From positions 12,027-76,026 of the forward strand of contig JAFXJH010000136.1 in NCBI GenBank assembly GCA_017532425.1: a DNA stretch of 64,000 nt. The letters are read 5' to 3'. Positions 54,542-63,407 of this stretch are shown in pieces. Both the position numbers and the translations under genes were made by a program. The first letter of the stretch is position 1; every line of letters starts with the position of its first letter. Under the pieces are notes generated by a model, which saw only the letters and a program-made list of their open reading frames with translations, ran no database searches and was not told the origin of the DNA. This stretch comes from Clostridia bacterium (GTDB lineage: Bacteria > Bacillota > Clostridia > Oscillospirales > CAG-272).

Positions 54542-55525
54542 TCAAACTCTTGCTTTCTTTCCGCTTGAAGCAGACTTGTAAGCCGCGGTCATAATTTCGG
54601 TAAGCGAAACAGCATCGTCGATACCGAATTTTTCATTGGGAGTATCGTTTACGATACTGTCGATCCAATAATCAAGAGCTTGAGGACAGAAGGTGGTAAA
54701 TTCCTTTACCGTAACCTTTTTGTTGTCTGTCTCGGGGCAAGAATAAGAGAGAACTCCTCCGCTGATTCGGAGATAGCCTTTTGTTCCCGATATTTCTATC
54801 GTATATGGGTCTGCGATAGATACAAATCCGGTTTCGGAAACACCGATAGCACCGTTCTTGTATTCAAGCAGGGAAACAGCATTGTCCTCAACGGGACGAT
54901 CCGTAACGTTTGTGAAAGCAGACGAAACGTATTTGGGCATTCCGAGGAACCAGTTTATAAGGTACATAGGATGCGCGCCGAGGTCGATCATAGCGCCGCC
55001 GCCACACTGCGACTTGTCATAAAAGTGAGCGGGAAGCCAATCGCTGATACTGCCCGAATGAACGTTGCGGACTCTCATATAGGTAAGTGTACCGAGCTTC
55101 TTGTCGTCAACGATCTCTTTGGCGAGGAGAACAGCCTTGTCTGTCTTGTGGGGGAATGAAATTGTAAAATGAACCTTGTTTTTCTTTACTGCACGGCGTA
55201 TAGCTTTAGCATCCTTGTTGGTTAAAGCGAGCACCTTTTCGGTGAAAATATGCTTTTTTGCATTTGCTGCAGCTATCATAAGCTGTGCGTGCATAGACGT
55301 AGGCGAAGAAATTGCAACTGCATCGATCTCACCGTTTGCGAGAAGCTCCTCGTAAGATTCGTAGAATTTGCATTTCAGATCATTTGCCCATTCGATTCCG
55401 CGTGAAGGGATCTCATCCCATACTGCAACGATCTCACAGTTAGGGTTTGCGGCGAGATAATTTGCATATCCTTTGGCGTGAACGTGCCAGCCGCTTATCA
55501 TAGCAACTCTTACTTTTTCAGACAT
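54542..55525 (-). CDS. Gfo/Idh/MocA-family NAD(P)-dependent oxidoreductase
   Basis: N-terminal Rossmann segment (VRVAMISGWHVHAKGYA) and the typical length and C-terminal alpha/beta domain. Confidence 0.8.
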   Translation of the reverse strand: MSEKVRVAMISGWHVHAKGYANYLAANPNCEIVAVWDEIPSRGIEWANDLKCKFYESYEELLANGEIDAVAISSPTSMHAQLMIAAANAKKHIFTEKVLALTNKDAKAIRRAVKKNKVHFTISFPHKTDKAVLLAKEIVDDKKLGTLTYMRVRNVHSGSISDWLPAHFYDKSQCGGGAMIDLGAHPMYLINWFLGMPKYVSSAFTNVTDRPVEDNAVSLLEYKNGAIGVSETGFVSIADPYTIEISGTKGYLRISGGVLSYSCPETDNKKVTVKEFTTFCPQALDYWIDSIVNDTPNEKFGIDDAVSLTEIMTAAYKSASSGKKARV

Positions 55526-55569
55526 AAAATATTACCTTTCCTATCTTTTATTTTTCCTTGTGTAAAAAA

Positions 55570-56289
55570 TTATTCGAGGATGTTGCTTGTAATATAGTCT
55601 ATTCCGAGGTTTGCGAGATACTCTCCGTCTTCGGGCTTGTCACAAGTCCAACAGTTTATTTTTATTCCTGCCTTTTTGAAAGCATATACCGTATCTACGT
55701 TTAACTGAGAGTAGTGTATATCTATATCAAGAGAATACTTAACAAGAGTATCAATAAGATCATCGGTAAATTTACCGGTAAGGAACTGAGCTACAGCCTG
55801 TGGTCTGAGTTCCTTGAGATAAATAAGGTTCTGCAGATTAAAGGAAATAAAAATGACGTTTTCAAGGTATTCGAGAGAGGATATGATATCGGCGATCTCT
55901 CCGATCTGTTCCTTTGTGAAAGCGTTTTTCAGCTCGAGAACGGCTGCTTTTTCATATTTCTTGCATATTAAAATGTACTCTTCAAGGGTGGGTATCTTGA
56001 TGTCGGTTCTTCCGGGCTTGCCGTTTACGTCCAAAAGTTCAAGCGAACGAAGCGTATCGAAGTCGGTTTCTTCAACCTTGTATTCTACGCCCGCAACACG
56101 AGTCGTAGTGTCATCGTGAATTATCACGTATTTTCCGTCTGCTGTAATATGTACGTCAGATTCAATTCCGAAGTATGATCTGCTTCCTGCGGCAACAAAC
56201 GCGATGTTGGTGTTTTCTTTCTCAAGGCCGCTGCATCCGCGGTGAGCTACCATTTTTACGTTTCCCGAAGCAAATTTGATAGTATTCAT
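55570..56289 (-). CDS. glycerophosphodiester phosphodiesterase (GDPD family)
   Basis: HRG...ENT and ESDV...HD motifs (VAHRGCSGLEKENT, GIESDVHITADGKYVIIHDD). Confidence 0.82.
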   Translation of the reverse strand: MNTIKFASGNVKMVAHRGCSGLEKENTNIAFVAAGSRSYFGIESDVHITADGKYVIIHDDTTTRVAGVEYKVEETDFDTLRSLELLDVNGKPGRTDIKIPTLEEYILICKKYEKAAVLELKNAFTKEQIGEIADIISSLEYLENVIFISFNLQNLIYLKELRPQAVAQFLTGKFTDDLIDTLVKYSLDIDIHYSQLNVDTVYAFKKAGIKINCWTCDKPEDGEYLANLGIDYITSNILE

Positions 56290-56414
56290 AATAAATCTTC
56301 TTTCAATATAGATTTCACATACAACTCTGCGCTTTGTATCGCAGAGTTGTATGTGTTTGTTCTTTTCAGAAATGTTTTTAATGAGTTTTGAAAGCTTTTT
56401 TGCTTTCTGAAAAA

Positions 56415-58187
56415 TTATCTTCTCTTGAGATTGATCTTGCGAACGCGCTCCATATCCATCTTCGGATTTCTGTCCATATCGAGAAGTCCGTTAACTTCCT
56501 GGAATACGTCTGTGAGCTGTGTATAGCAGTATCCGCAGAAGTAGTCGCAGTTCTTGAAGCCCATTGTGATGTTTTCGAAACGCTCGAAGAACTTTTCTTC
56601 GTCGTTTTCAGCTCCGCCGTATCCCCAGTTTGCACCGTGCTTGTCTTTTGCAAGAGCGATTCCGCCGTACTCTGTCATGAGCATAGGCTTGCCCGAGAGA
56701 TCGTAATCGTCACATACGATCGTTCTGTACTTGTTGGGAACACCTGTGAGGATTCCTTCCTCGGAAGCGTATTCGGGAGTAAGATCGCTTGTGAAGGGAG
56801 CATAGTCGTGAACTGTAACGATATCTGTTTCGGTCTGTTCCCAACCGTCGTTGGTGGAAACGATTCTTGTATCGTCAAGAGAGTGGATCATAAAGTAAAG
56901 AGCGTCTGTGAACTGCTGCTGCTCGCGATTGGTCTTTACTCTGTAGATACCCCAGGACTCGTTCATAGGAACCCAAGTGATGATACAAGGATGGTTGTAG
57001 TCACGCTTGATAGCCTCCTGCATATCTCTGAAGCAGTTGCGCTTCATTACGTCGGAGAAGAGATACGGGCTGGGAAGCTCTTCCCATACGATAAGACCGA
57101 GCTTGTCTGCCCAGTAGAGGTAACGGGGATCTTCAAACTTCTGATGCTTTCTTGCACCGTTGTAGCCAAGCTGCATTGTGAGCTCGATGTCCTTCTTGAG
57201 CGCTTCGTCTGTAGGAGCGGTAAGAAGTCCGTCAGGCCAATAACCCTGGTCAAGGATAAGTCTCTGATAGAGCTCGTGGTTGTTGATGTAGATCTTTCCG
57301 CCCTCGCACTGGATCTTTCTCATACCGAAGTAAGAGGAAAGTGTGTCTGCTACGGCACCGTTTTCGGTAAGTGTGAACTTGATGTCGTAAAGATTGGGTG
57401 CATAAGGCTCCCAGCAGAAGAATCCTTCAAGATTGATTCCGTTGTGAGGGAAGTAGATCGTTGTATCAACGCGTCTTCTTGTTACGTTAAGGGTAAGAGC
57501 TGTAACGAAATTGCCTCTGAAGGAAACCTCGATTCCGAGTGTTCCGTTTGCGGGGATCTCGTTAAGAAGAGCTTCTACCTTGAAGCAGGAATTGTCAACG
57601 TCGGGAGTGATGCGGATGTCATCGATGTACTTCATACCAACAGCCTCAAGCCATACGCTCTGCCAGATACCTGTCATAGGAGCATACCAGCACTCAAAAT
57701 TTTCGGGTCTGAAGCTCTGCTTTCCGCGAGGATACTCGACCTCGAGTCTGTCTTCACAAAGAACTGTAAGATCGTAAGTAGCATTTCTGTCAACTACGTC
57801 GTAGGTGATATCAAATGCGAAGGGTGTGTAGCCGCCCTCGTGCTCGCCGATAAATCTTCCATTGAGCCAAACCTTTGTTTTATAGTCAACGGCACCGAAA
57901 TGGAGAATAACGCGCTTTCCTTCGAAGGAAGAGGGAACAGTGAACGTACGGTGATACCATACGAAATCGCTGTGGCGAAGATCGTTTACACCGGAGAGCT
58001 CACACTGATATACAAAAGGAACTGTGATCTCGGTATCAAGCGACTTTCTGTTCATCCAATTTTCGGAAATACCCTTTCCGGTTTCGTCAAAAGCGAAATC
58101 CCACTGACCGTTGAGGCAGAGCCAATCTTCTCTTACTCGGTCAGGACGGGGGTATTCACTACGCGGGATAATTTTTTCTGTGTTCAT
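56415..58187 (-). CDS. glycoside hydrolase family 2 (beta-galactosidase/beta-glucuronidase-like)
   Basis: GH2 sugar-binding N-domain (LNGQWDFAFD, GGYTPFAFDIT). Acid/base NES (WVPMNESWG). Candidate nucleophile region MTEYGG. The ATG at 58187 follows GGAGG. Confidence 0.85.
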   Translation of the reverse strand: MNTEKIIPRSEYPRPDRVREDWLCLNGQWDFAFDETGKGISENWMNRKSLDTEITVPFVYQCELSGVNDLRHSDFVWYHRTFTVPSSFEGKRVILHFGAVDYKTKVWLNGRFIGEHEGGYTPFAFDITYDVVDRNATYDLTVLCEDRLEVEYPRGKQSFRPENFECWYAPMTGIWQSVWLEAVGMKYIDDIRITPDVDNSCFKVEALLNEIPANGTLGIEVSFRGNFVTALTLNVTRRRVDTTIYFPHNGINLEGFFCWEPYAPNLYDIKFTLTENGAVADTLSSYFGMRKIQCEGGKIYINNHELYQRLILDQGYWPDGLLTAPTDEALKKDIELTMQLGYNGARKHQKFEDPRYLYWADKLGLIVWEELPSPYLFSDVMKRNCFRDMQEAIKRDYNHPCIITWVPMNESWGIYRVKTNREQQQFTDALYFMIHSLDDTRIVSTNDGWEQTETDIVTVHDYAPFTSDLTPEYASEEGILTGVPNKYRTIVCDDYDLSGKPMLMTEYGGIALAKDKHGANWGYGGAENDEEKFFERFENITMGFKNCDYFCGYCYTQLTDVFQEVNGLLDMDRNPKMDMERVRKINLKRR

Positions 58188-58343
58188 GGGAATATACCTC
58201 CAAACAAAATATAACAGTTTAATGTTAGCATAAAATATGTATTTTGTCAATATCTACAGAGATAAAAAGCAAAAAAGCAGGGTATATTGTAACAATTATA
58301 AAGAAAGCAGCTTCCTTAAAGAGAAGCTGCTTTGAAATCTCAG

Positions 58344-58742
58344 TTATCTACTTTTTTTCTTTGAAGCAGATACGATCGAGGATATCACAGCGGATGCAAC
58401 AACGATAAACATAAGCGCGGATGCTATATAGAAAAGAGGACCGTAATTTGCTTCCGATGCAGAGCAGACAGCGCATTTGCGTGTCTGTCTTATTATAAAG
58501 AAGCTGTCGGAAAATTCCTTTTCCCATCTGTGACCCTGGATGTTACACTTGTCACCGCACTCGGTACATTCGAGCCAGTGCTCTTCCTCGTCATTTTCCA
58601 TAGTTTCTGAATAGGTGTGAGGGATGTGATGATCTTCTTCACAGTTGTGTGATCCATGATCGGCGTACGAGGCTATAGAAGACGATAATAGCAGAATGGC
58701 AATCAGAACTGCGGAAATGCAGAGTGATATACATTTTTTCAT
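58344..58742 (-). CDS. small exported Cys/His-rich protein with a C-terminal TM anchor
   Basis: Signal peptide, His-rich acidic segment, CTECGDKC...H..W and C..C motifs, C-terminal hydrophobic helix plus KKKSR. RBS GGAG. Confidence 0.5.
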   Translation of the reverse strand: MKKCISLCISAVLIAILLLSSSIASYADHGSHNCEEDHHIPHTYSETMENDEEEHWLECTECGDKCNIQGHRWEKEFSDSFFIIRQTRKCAVCSASEANYGPLFYIASALMFIVVASAVISSIVSASKKKSR

Positions 58743-58769
58743 AATATGTTTTACTCCGGAAATGAAACG

Positions 58770-59327
58770 TTATATAGCTTCGCCGTCGGCATCAAAGAGA
58801 GGAAGCTTTTCGAGATAGATTATATCGTCGCGGTCGGCAGCGTCACCCTCTGCAAGGATAGCCATACGTCCTACGATCTGGGCACCGGTAGCGTTTACAA
58901 GAGTCTCGAGCGATTTGAGAGATTCTCCTGTGGAAATAACGTCGTCAACGATAAGAACACGCTTGCCGCGCATCATTTTAGCGTCAGCACCGTCAATGTA
59001 AAGATGCTGTGTACGTGCGGTTGTGATAGAGTTTACCTCAACGTCAAGAACGTCGCTCATATAAAGCTTTGTGGACTTTCTTGCAACAACGTATTTTGCA
59101 TCCTTGTGCTGGCGAGCCATTTCGTGTGCGAGCGGAATACCCTTGGATTCTGCAGAAAGGATGTAATCGTATTCGGGAGCCTTTTGGAGAAGTGCTTCGG
59201 CAGCCTTTTCTGTGAGCTCGGGATCTCCGATTATAACAAAAGCACCGATATAAAGCTTTTCGTTGAGAGGGCAGAGCTTAAGCTCTCTTTTAACACCTGC
59301 GATGGTAATGGGATAGAATTCTTTCAT
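58770..59327 (-). CDS. type I phosphoribosyltransferase family protein (adenine/xanthine PRTase-like)
   Basis: PRPP-binding motif VLIVDDVISTGES; 185 aa; strong RBS AAGGAGA. Confidence 0.75.
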   Translation of the reverse strand: MKEFYPITIAGVKRELKLCPLNEKLYIGAFVIIGDPELTEKAAEALLQKAPEYDYILSAESKGIPLAHEMARQHKDAKYVVARKSTKLYMSDVLDVEVNSITTARTQHLYIDGADAKMMRGKRVLIVDDVISTGESLKSLETLVNATGAQIVGRMAILAEGDAADRDDIIYLEKLPLFDADGEAI

Positions 59328-59379
59328 TTTATTTTCTCCTTAATTGTATTTGATTATATTTAATTGTATTTGATTGTTT

Positions 59380-60072
59380 TTATCTTAAAAGACCGTATTT
59401 TGCAAAGATGTCTTTGTAGTTCAGATAATTAAGAATTTCGAAATCGACCTTCACGCTGTCGTCTATAGGTGAGGGAAGATCCTCTTCGCGGATGGCTATA
59501 ACGGCAAGAGCGCCTGCGGCGTTTGCGGCTCTGAAACCGCTTCCCGCATCCTCGAAAACGATACATTCGGAGGGATCGAGCCCCATTTTGTTTGCGGCAG
59601 TGATGTAAATGTCGGGGTTGGGCTTGCCCTTGATCTTTCCGTCGGCATAGGTGATGTTGCCAAAATCAAACCACTTGCTTATTCCGAGCTCCTTAAGATA
59701 AAATTCTACGTTTCCGAGGTCGGAGCCGGTTGCAAGAGCATAAGGAATACCGTTTTCCTTTAAATAATCAAGCATTTCGGGAGCACCTTCTACAAGATGC
59801 ATAAATTCGGGATGCTCGATGCAGTAAGCGATATATTTGTCCTCCTTGGAGGTTGCGAAGGCGCGAACTGCTTCGTCATCGGCATTTTGATCGAAAAACT
59901 CTCTGTAAACCGTGGCATTAGGCTTTCCGAATACGTTTTTTATAAGATAGTGATCGTCGGGTAAAGGCTTTCCTGCTTCTGCGAGCTTTTCCTTGAACGC
60001 TTTTATGTGAAATTTTGTATCAAAAAAAAGAGTACCGTTAAAATCGAATATTACTCCCTTGGCTGTCTTCAT
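59380..60072 (-). CDS. HAD-superfamily hydrolase (beta-phosphoglucomutase-like subfamily IA)
   Basis: Motif I DFNGT, motif IV-like FEDAGSG. The ATG at 60072 follows AAAGGA. Confidence 0.8.
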   Translation of the reverse strand: MKTAKGVIFDFNGTLFFDTKFHIKAFKEKLAEAGKPLPDDHYLIKNVFGKPNATVYREFFDQNADDEAVRAFATSKEDKYIAYCIEHPEFMHLVEGAPEMLDYLKENGIPYALATGSDLGNVEFYLKELGISKWFDFGNITYADGKIKGKPNPDIYITAANKMGLDPSECIVFEDAGSGFRAANAAGALAVIAIREEDLPSPIDDSVKVDFEILNYLNYKDIFAKYGLLR

Positions 60073-60258
60073 ACTAATGATCCTTTCGCAGAACACGATC
60101 TGCTGTAACATCTTGCATACGTAGAAATTATATCACTTAATATTAAAAAAGTCAATAATAAAAGGAAAAAGAGAAAACAAAATTAGCAAATGATACTCCG
60201 TTTTGAAAAATGCACAAAAAAATATTTCAAAAAGTGCTTCGGTTTGTGAAAAAGAGCA

Positions 60259-60290
60259 TTGACAAATCGAGACCGTTGTGGTATTATAAT
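60259..60290 (+). promoter_or_regulatory. sigma-A-type promoter candidate for the tRNA-Gly/tRNA-Arg unit
   Basis: TTGACA, 17 nt (ending in TGG), TATTAT, overlapping a TATAAT. Confidence 0.5.
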
Positions 60291-60305
60291 GGAGCAGTTC
60301 GAAAT

Positions 60306-60376
60306 GCGGGTGTAGCTCAGTGGTAGAGCTCCAGCCTTCCAAGCTGGCTATGTGGGTTCGATTCCCATCACCCGCT
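60306..60376 (+). tRNA. tRNA-Gly (anticodon TCC)
   Basis: Acceptor GCGGGTG/CACCCGC, anticodon stem CCAGC/GCTGG with loop CTTCCAA, T-loop GGTTCGATTCC. CCA is not encoded. Confidence 0.92.
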
Positions 60377-60437
60377 TAATAAAAGAGTCTGAAAAGACGA
60401 TAGAGCCGCACCGTCTGTGCGGCTTAAATTTTGAAAT

Positions 60438-60511
60438 GTACCCTTAGCTCAGCAGGATAGAGCAACTGCCTTCTAAGCAGTAGGTCGAGGGTTCGAATCC
60501 CCCAGGGTACG
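60438..60511 (+). tRNA. tRNA-Arg (anticodon TCT)
   Basis: Acceptor GTACCCT/AGGGTAC, anticodon stem ACTGC/GCAGT with loop CTTCTAA, T-loop TTCGAAT. There is one A-C mismatch in the T stem. Confidence 0.85.
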
Positions 60512-60513
60512 TA

Positions 60514-60545
60514 AAAATCCCGAATGCGAAAGCATTCGGGATTTT
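60514..60545 (+). terminator. intrinsic terminator after tRNA-Arg
   Basis: AAAATCCCGAATGC...GCATTCGGGATTTT. Confidence 0.8.
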
Positions 60546-60740
60546 AATTTTCACTTTTAACTAAATTCTGATTTCAAGCACCGACCGCGGTGCTTTTTTG
60601 TTTTTTCTTTACATTTTCACACAAATCACAAAAAATATGATATAATATAAAAAATCCCTCCGAAACGTTTACACATTTTTGAGTTTTTCGGTACTGTTAT
60701 TTGTGAAGGGCCTTTTAAAATAAGAGAAAGGAGGCAGACT

Positions 60741-61337
60741 ATGGAACTTCAAACAAGAGGATCGGTAAAAGCGCCGATGGAAGACGAAAAGATCATCGAG
60801 CTTTATTTCGCACGCGATGAAAAAGCAATCGAGGAGACCGACTTTAAGTACAGAAAATACTTGTTTTTACTTGCTTATAACATCGTAAATGATCGGCTCG
60901 ACTGTGAAGAGTGTCTGAACGATACCTACGTCGGCGCGTGGAATTCTATTCCGCCGTCAAGACCGAATTTTCTCAAAGCGTTTCTTACAATAATCGCGCG
61001 TCGGACCGCAATCAAACGCTATCACAGTAATATGCGCAAGAAGGTAATTCCTTCGGAAATGACACTGTCCCTCTCCGAGCTTGAAGATTTCATAGCGGAT
61101 GACGGCAAAGTTGATTCTGATTTTGATGCGGAGAGACTCGGGAAAGTAATAAGCGACTTTGTTCGCTCGCTTAACGAACGACGTAAGTTTATCTTTATGA
61201 GTAGGTACTATGCATCTGACCCTATTGATACGATAGCAAGAGATCTGAGCCTGAGCAGATCAATGATAAATAAAGAGCTTGCTGCCATCAGAGCTGCCTT
61301 AAAAGAAAAGCTTGAAAGTGAGGGTTATACGGTATGA
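60741..61337 (+). CDS. ECF-subfamily sigma-70 factor
   Basis: Region 2 (EECLNDTYVGAWNSI) and region 4 (IDTIARDLSLSRSMINKELAAIRAALK). RBS AAAGGAGG. 4-nt overlap with the downstream gene. Confidence 0.8.
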   Translation: MELQTRGSVKAPMEDEKIIELYFARDEKAIEETDFKYRKYLFLLAYNIVNDRLDCEECLNDTYVGAWNSIPPSRPNFLKAFLTIIARRTAIKRYHSNMRKKVIPSEMTLSLSELEDFIADDGKVDSDFDAERLGKVISDFVRSLNERRKFIFMSRYYASDPIDTIARDLSLSRSMINKELAAIRAALKEKLESEGYTV

Positions 61338-62671
61338 AAAAAGAAGAATGGAACGAAGGTTTAAATAACATCGACAGCGACCTTGTAGAAAAATACGTTG
61401 AAGAAAAAGATAAACTGATAATTAAGAAAAAGAGAAGAGTAGCGCTTGTCCGCGTAATTTCGGCGGTTGCGTGTTTTGCACTGATATTAAGCGCGATCAT
61501 CGTTGTGCCGATGCTTACAGGGGATAATATTCCCGTTGATATTCCCGTTTGGGACGATGCAGAGTATTCGGCAGAGGATATTGCTGAGTTGTTTGAAAGA
61601 AAAAGTTATGGAGGTACTGCAACAAACGCTTACGTTAAACGCTATGTGTCCGACTCGAAATACTTGTATATTGATGAAATGCCAAGTGAAGAATATTTGA
61701 ATGTTTATCAGTTCAATCTTCAAAAATGCCCATTAAATAAGAGGGAATTTAAGGATTTTATAGATTCTTTTCTCCCCGATATAGCCGATTCTCTCGACAT
61801 AGGTCTTCCGAAATACGAAATTAAGAAAGATGATATTGATAAAGATGTAACTTATTTTGGTGTTGATATAGAAAGCGGTTCATACCTTATGTTTATAAAT
61901 CAAAACGAAGTCAGACATCGTTTTTCGTTATATTCTCGCAGCGAAAGTGATAGAAAGATGATTTTAGACGGAGAGACGGTACAGATAGATCAGAGAATGT
62001 CAGATGAAGAAATTATAAATTCCTTGAAATCTGTCAAAAACGAGCTTTTTGACATCTTTAACGTGTCTTTTTCCGATGCAAAAGTTATCAGATATTTTGA
62101 CGATTATTCTGAGTACGGTGCGACATATGTAACGGTTTACTTTTATGATGAAAGCGCTCATCCGATAAACTCGTTAAGAGAACGGTCCGTGTCTGATTAT
62201 ATATGTATTAGTTTTGATAATTTCGCCAATTATGAGGGTGATACTGTAAGCGACAGTATTTTGACGGTGACTGATATTGAATTCATTAAAACGCGAGTCG
62301 ATATAAACAAAGAATATGAAGTTGTTGCAAAAGCTAAAAAAATACCACTTGAAGAAGCGGAAAGCTTATTATACAACGGATATGTTTTCGGCGGACATTC
62401 CTGTCCTCTGTGTATGGAAGCGCAAGAGAAAATAAGCTTTGATAACTACGACTTTGTCGATATTGAGTATGTGTTCGGTATGGATTATTCTACAAACAAT
62501 CCGACCAAGGGAATTCCGTTTTATGCTTTTTATAAGAAGATCGGGACTGCCAAGAACGGAAATATTTGCTACGCCAAGACCTACGTTGCTGCAATAGAGG
62601 TTAGCGGATATAAAGAATATTTTGAAAGCCAAAAGGACAGTCATAAGAATACAAACGAATATTTTGGTTGA
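61334..62671 (+). CDS. putative anti-sigma factor / single-pass membrane protein with a large extracytoplasmic domain
   Basis: Translationally coupled (ATGA overlap) to the ECF sigma. ~45-aa cytoplasmic N-terminus, one TM helix (VISAVACFALILSAIIVVPML), ~370-aa outside domain. Confidence 0.6.
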   Translation: MKKEEWNEGLNNIDSDLVEKYVEEKDKLIIKKKRRVALVRVISAVACFALILSAIIVVPMLTGDNIPVDIPVWDDAEYSAEDIAELFERKSYGGTATNAYVKRYVSDSKYLYIDEMPSEEYLNVYQFNLQKCPLNKREFKDFIDSFLPDIADSLDIGLPKYEIKKDDIDKDVTYFGVDIESGSYLMFINQNEVRHRFSLYSRSESDRKMILDGETVQIDQRMSDEEIINSLKSVKNELFDIFNVSFSDAKVIRYFDDYSEYGATYVTVYFYDESAHPINSLRERSVSDYICISFDNFANYEGDTVSDSILTVTDIEFIKTRVDINKEYEVVAKAKKIPLEEAESLLYNGYVFGGHSCPLCMEAQEKISFDNYDFVDIEYVFGMDYSTNNPTKGIPFYAFYKKIGTAKNGNICYAKTYVAAIEVSGYKEYFESQKDSHKNTNEYFG

Positions 62672-62675
62672 TATA

Positions 62676-62712
62676 ATAACAGCGAGTGCCGAAACACTCG
62701 CTGTTATCTTTT
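62676..62712. terminator. bidirectional hairpin between the convergent anti-sigma and membrane-component genes
   Basis: 13-bp stem ATAACAGCGAGTG/CACTCGCTGTTAT followed by CTTTT. Confidence 0.7.
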
Positions 62713-62720
62713 AATAAAAG

Positions 62721-63407
62721 CTACACCCCATACTTTATCTTGATCCTCTCAAGCTTCTCACCAAACGGCTTGGAAAGAATCAAAAGAAAGACAAAATTCG
62801 ATATCGAATACAAAACGGTGTGCGGAATCGCGGCAATAAAGGATGAAAAGAACAGCTGAACGTTCAGAACGTCATTGTAAGAAAGAACGATCCACACGTC
62901 CATAATGATCGAAAATATGATTCCGGAAATTACGCCGAAAATAAGTAGGAACACCTTGTTTGCTTTAAGTGGCTTTGCAAGAAATCCCGCGATAAGTCCG
63001 AGCATTCCCCAGGATAGCATCTGAAAGGGTGTCCAAGGCCCCTGACCGAAGGAAAAATTCGATAGCAAAGCGGAAAATGCACCGACCATAAATCCCGACT
63101 CGCCACCGAGATAGATCGCGGTAATAATGGTAATTGCCGTTACAGGCTTGAAAAATGGGATAAAACGGCCGACTATCGAAAGAGCTATCATAATAGAAAT
63201 GATAACCATTCTGCGCGTTCCGGTCTGCTTTTTTTCAAATCCCGCAACAAACAGACATATGGTAAGCAGAGCAACGGCAAGCGACACGAGCATATGCTTT
63301 CTTGCGTCGAGCAGCTTTGCTCCGAAAAATACGGCAAGGGGGATAAGTATAAAAGGAATAACGATCTTAAGAATGCTTCGCAGACGTCTGCTTTTTATCA
63401 CTATCAT
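62721..63407 (-). CDS. multi-pass membrane protein, probably the substrate-capture (S) component partnered with the upstream ABC ATPase
   Basis: About six hydrophobic helices. Its start overlaps the stop of the ATPase gene. The family call is tentative. Confidence 0.45.
   Translation of the reverse strand: MIVIKSRRLRSILKIVIPFILIPLAVFFGAKLLDARKHMLVSLAVALLTICLFVAGFEKKQTGTRRMVIISIMIALSIVGRFIPFFKPVTAITIITAIYLGGESGFMVGAFSALLSNFSFGQGPWTPFQMLSWGMLGLIAGFLAKPLKANKVFLLIFGVISGIIFSIIMDVWIVLSYNDVLNVQLFFSSFIAAIPHTVLYSISNFVFLLILSKPFGEKLERIKIKYGV

Noticed and set aside
56388-58214. 608-aa ORF on the plus strand
   Set aside because: It is antisense to the GH2 gene, which has clear family motifs and a GGAGG RBS. 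The translation is Val/Cys-rich with no domain signature.
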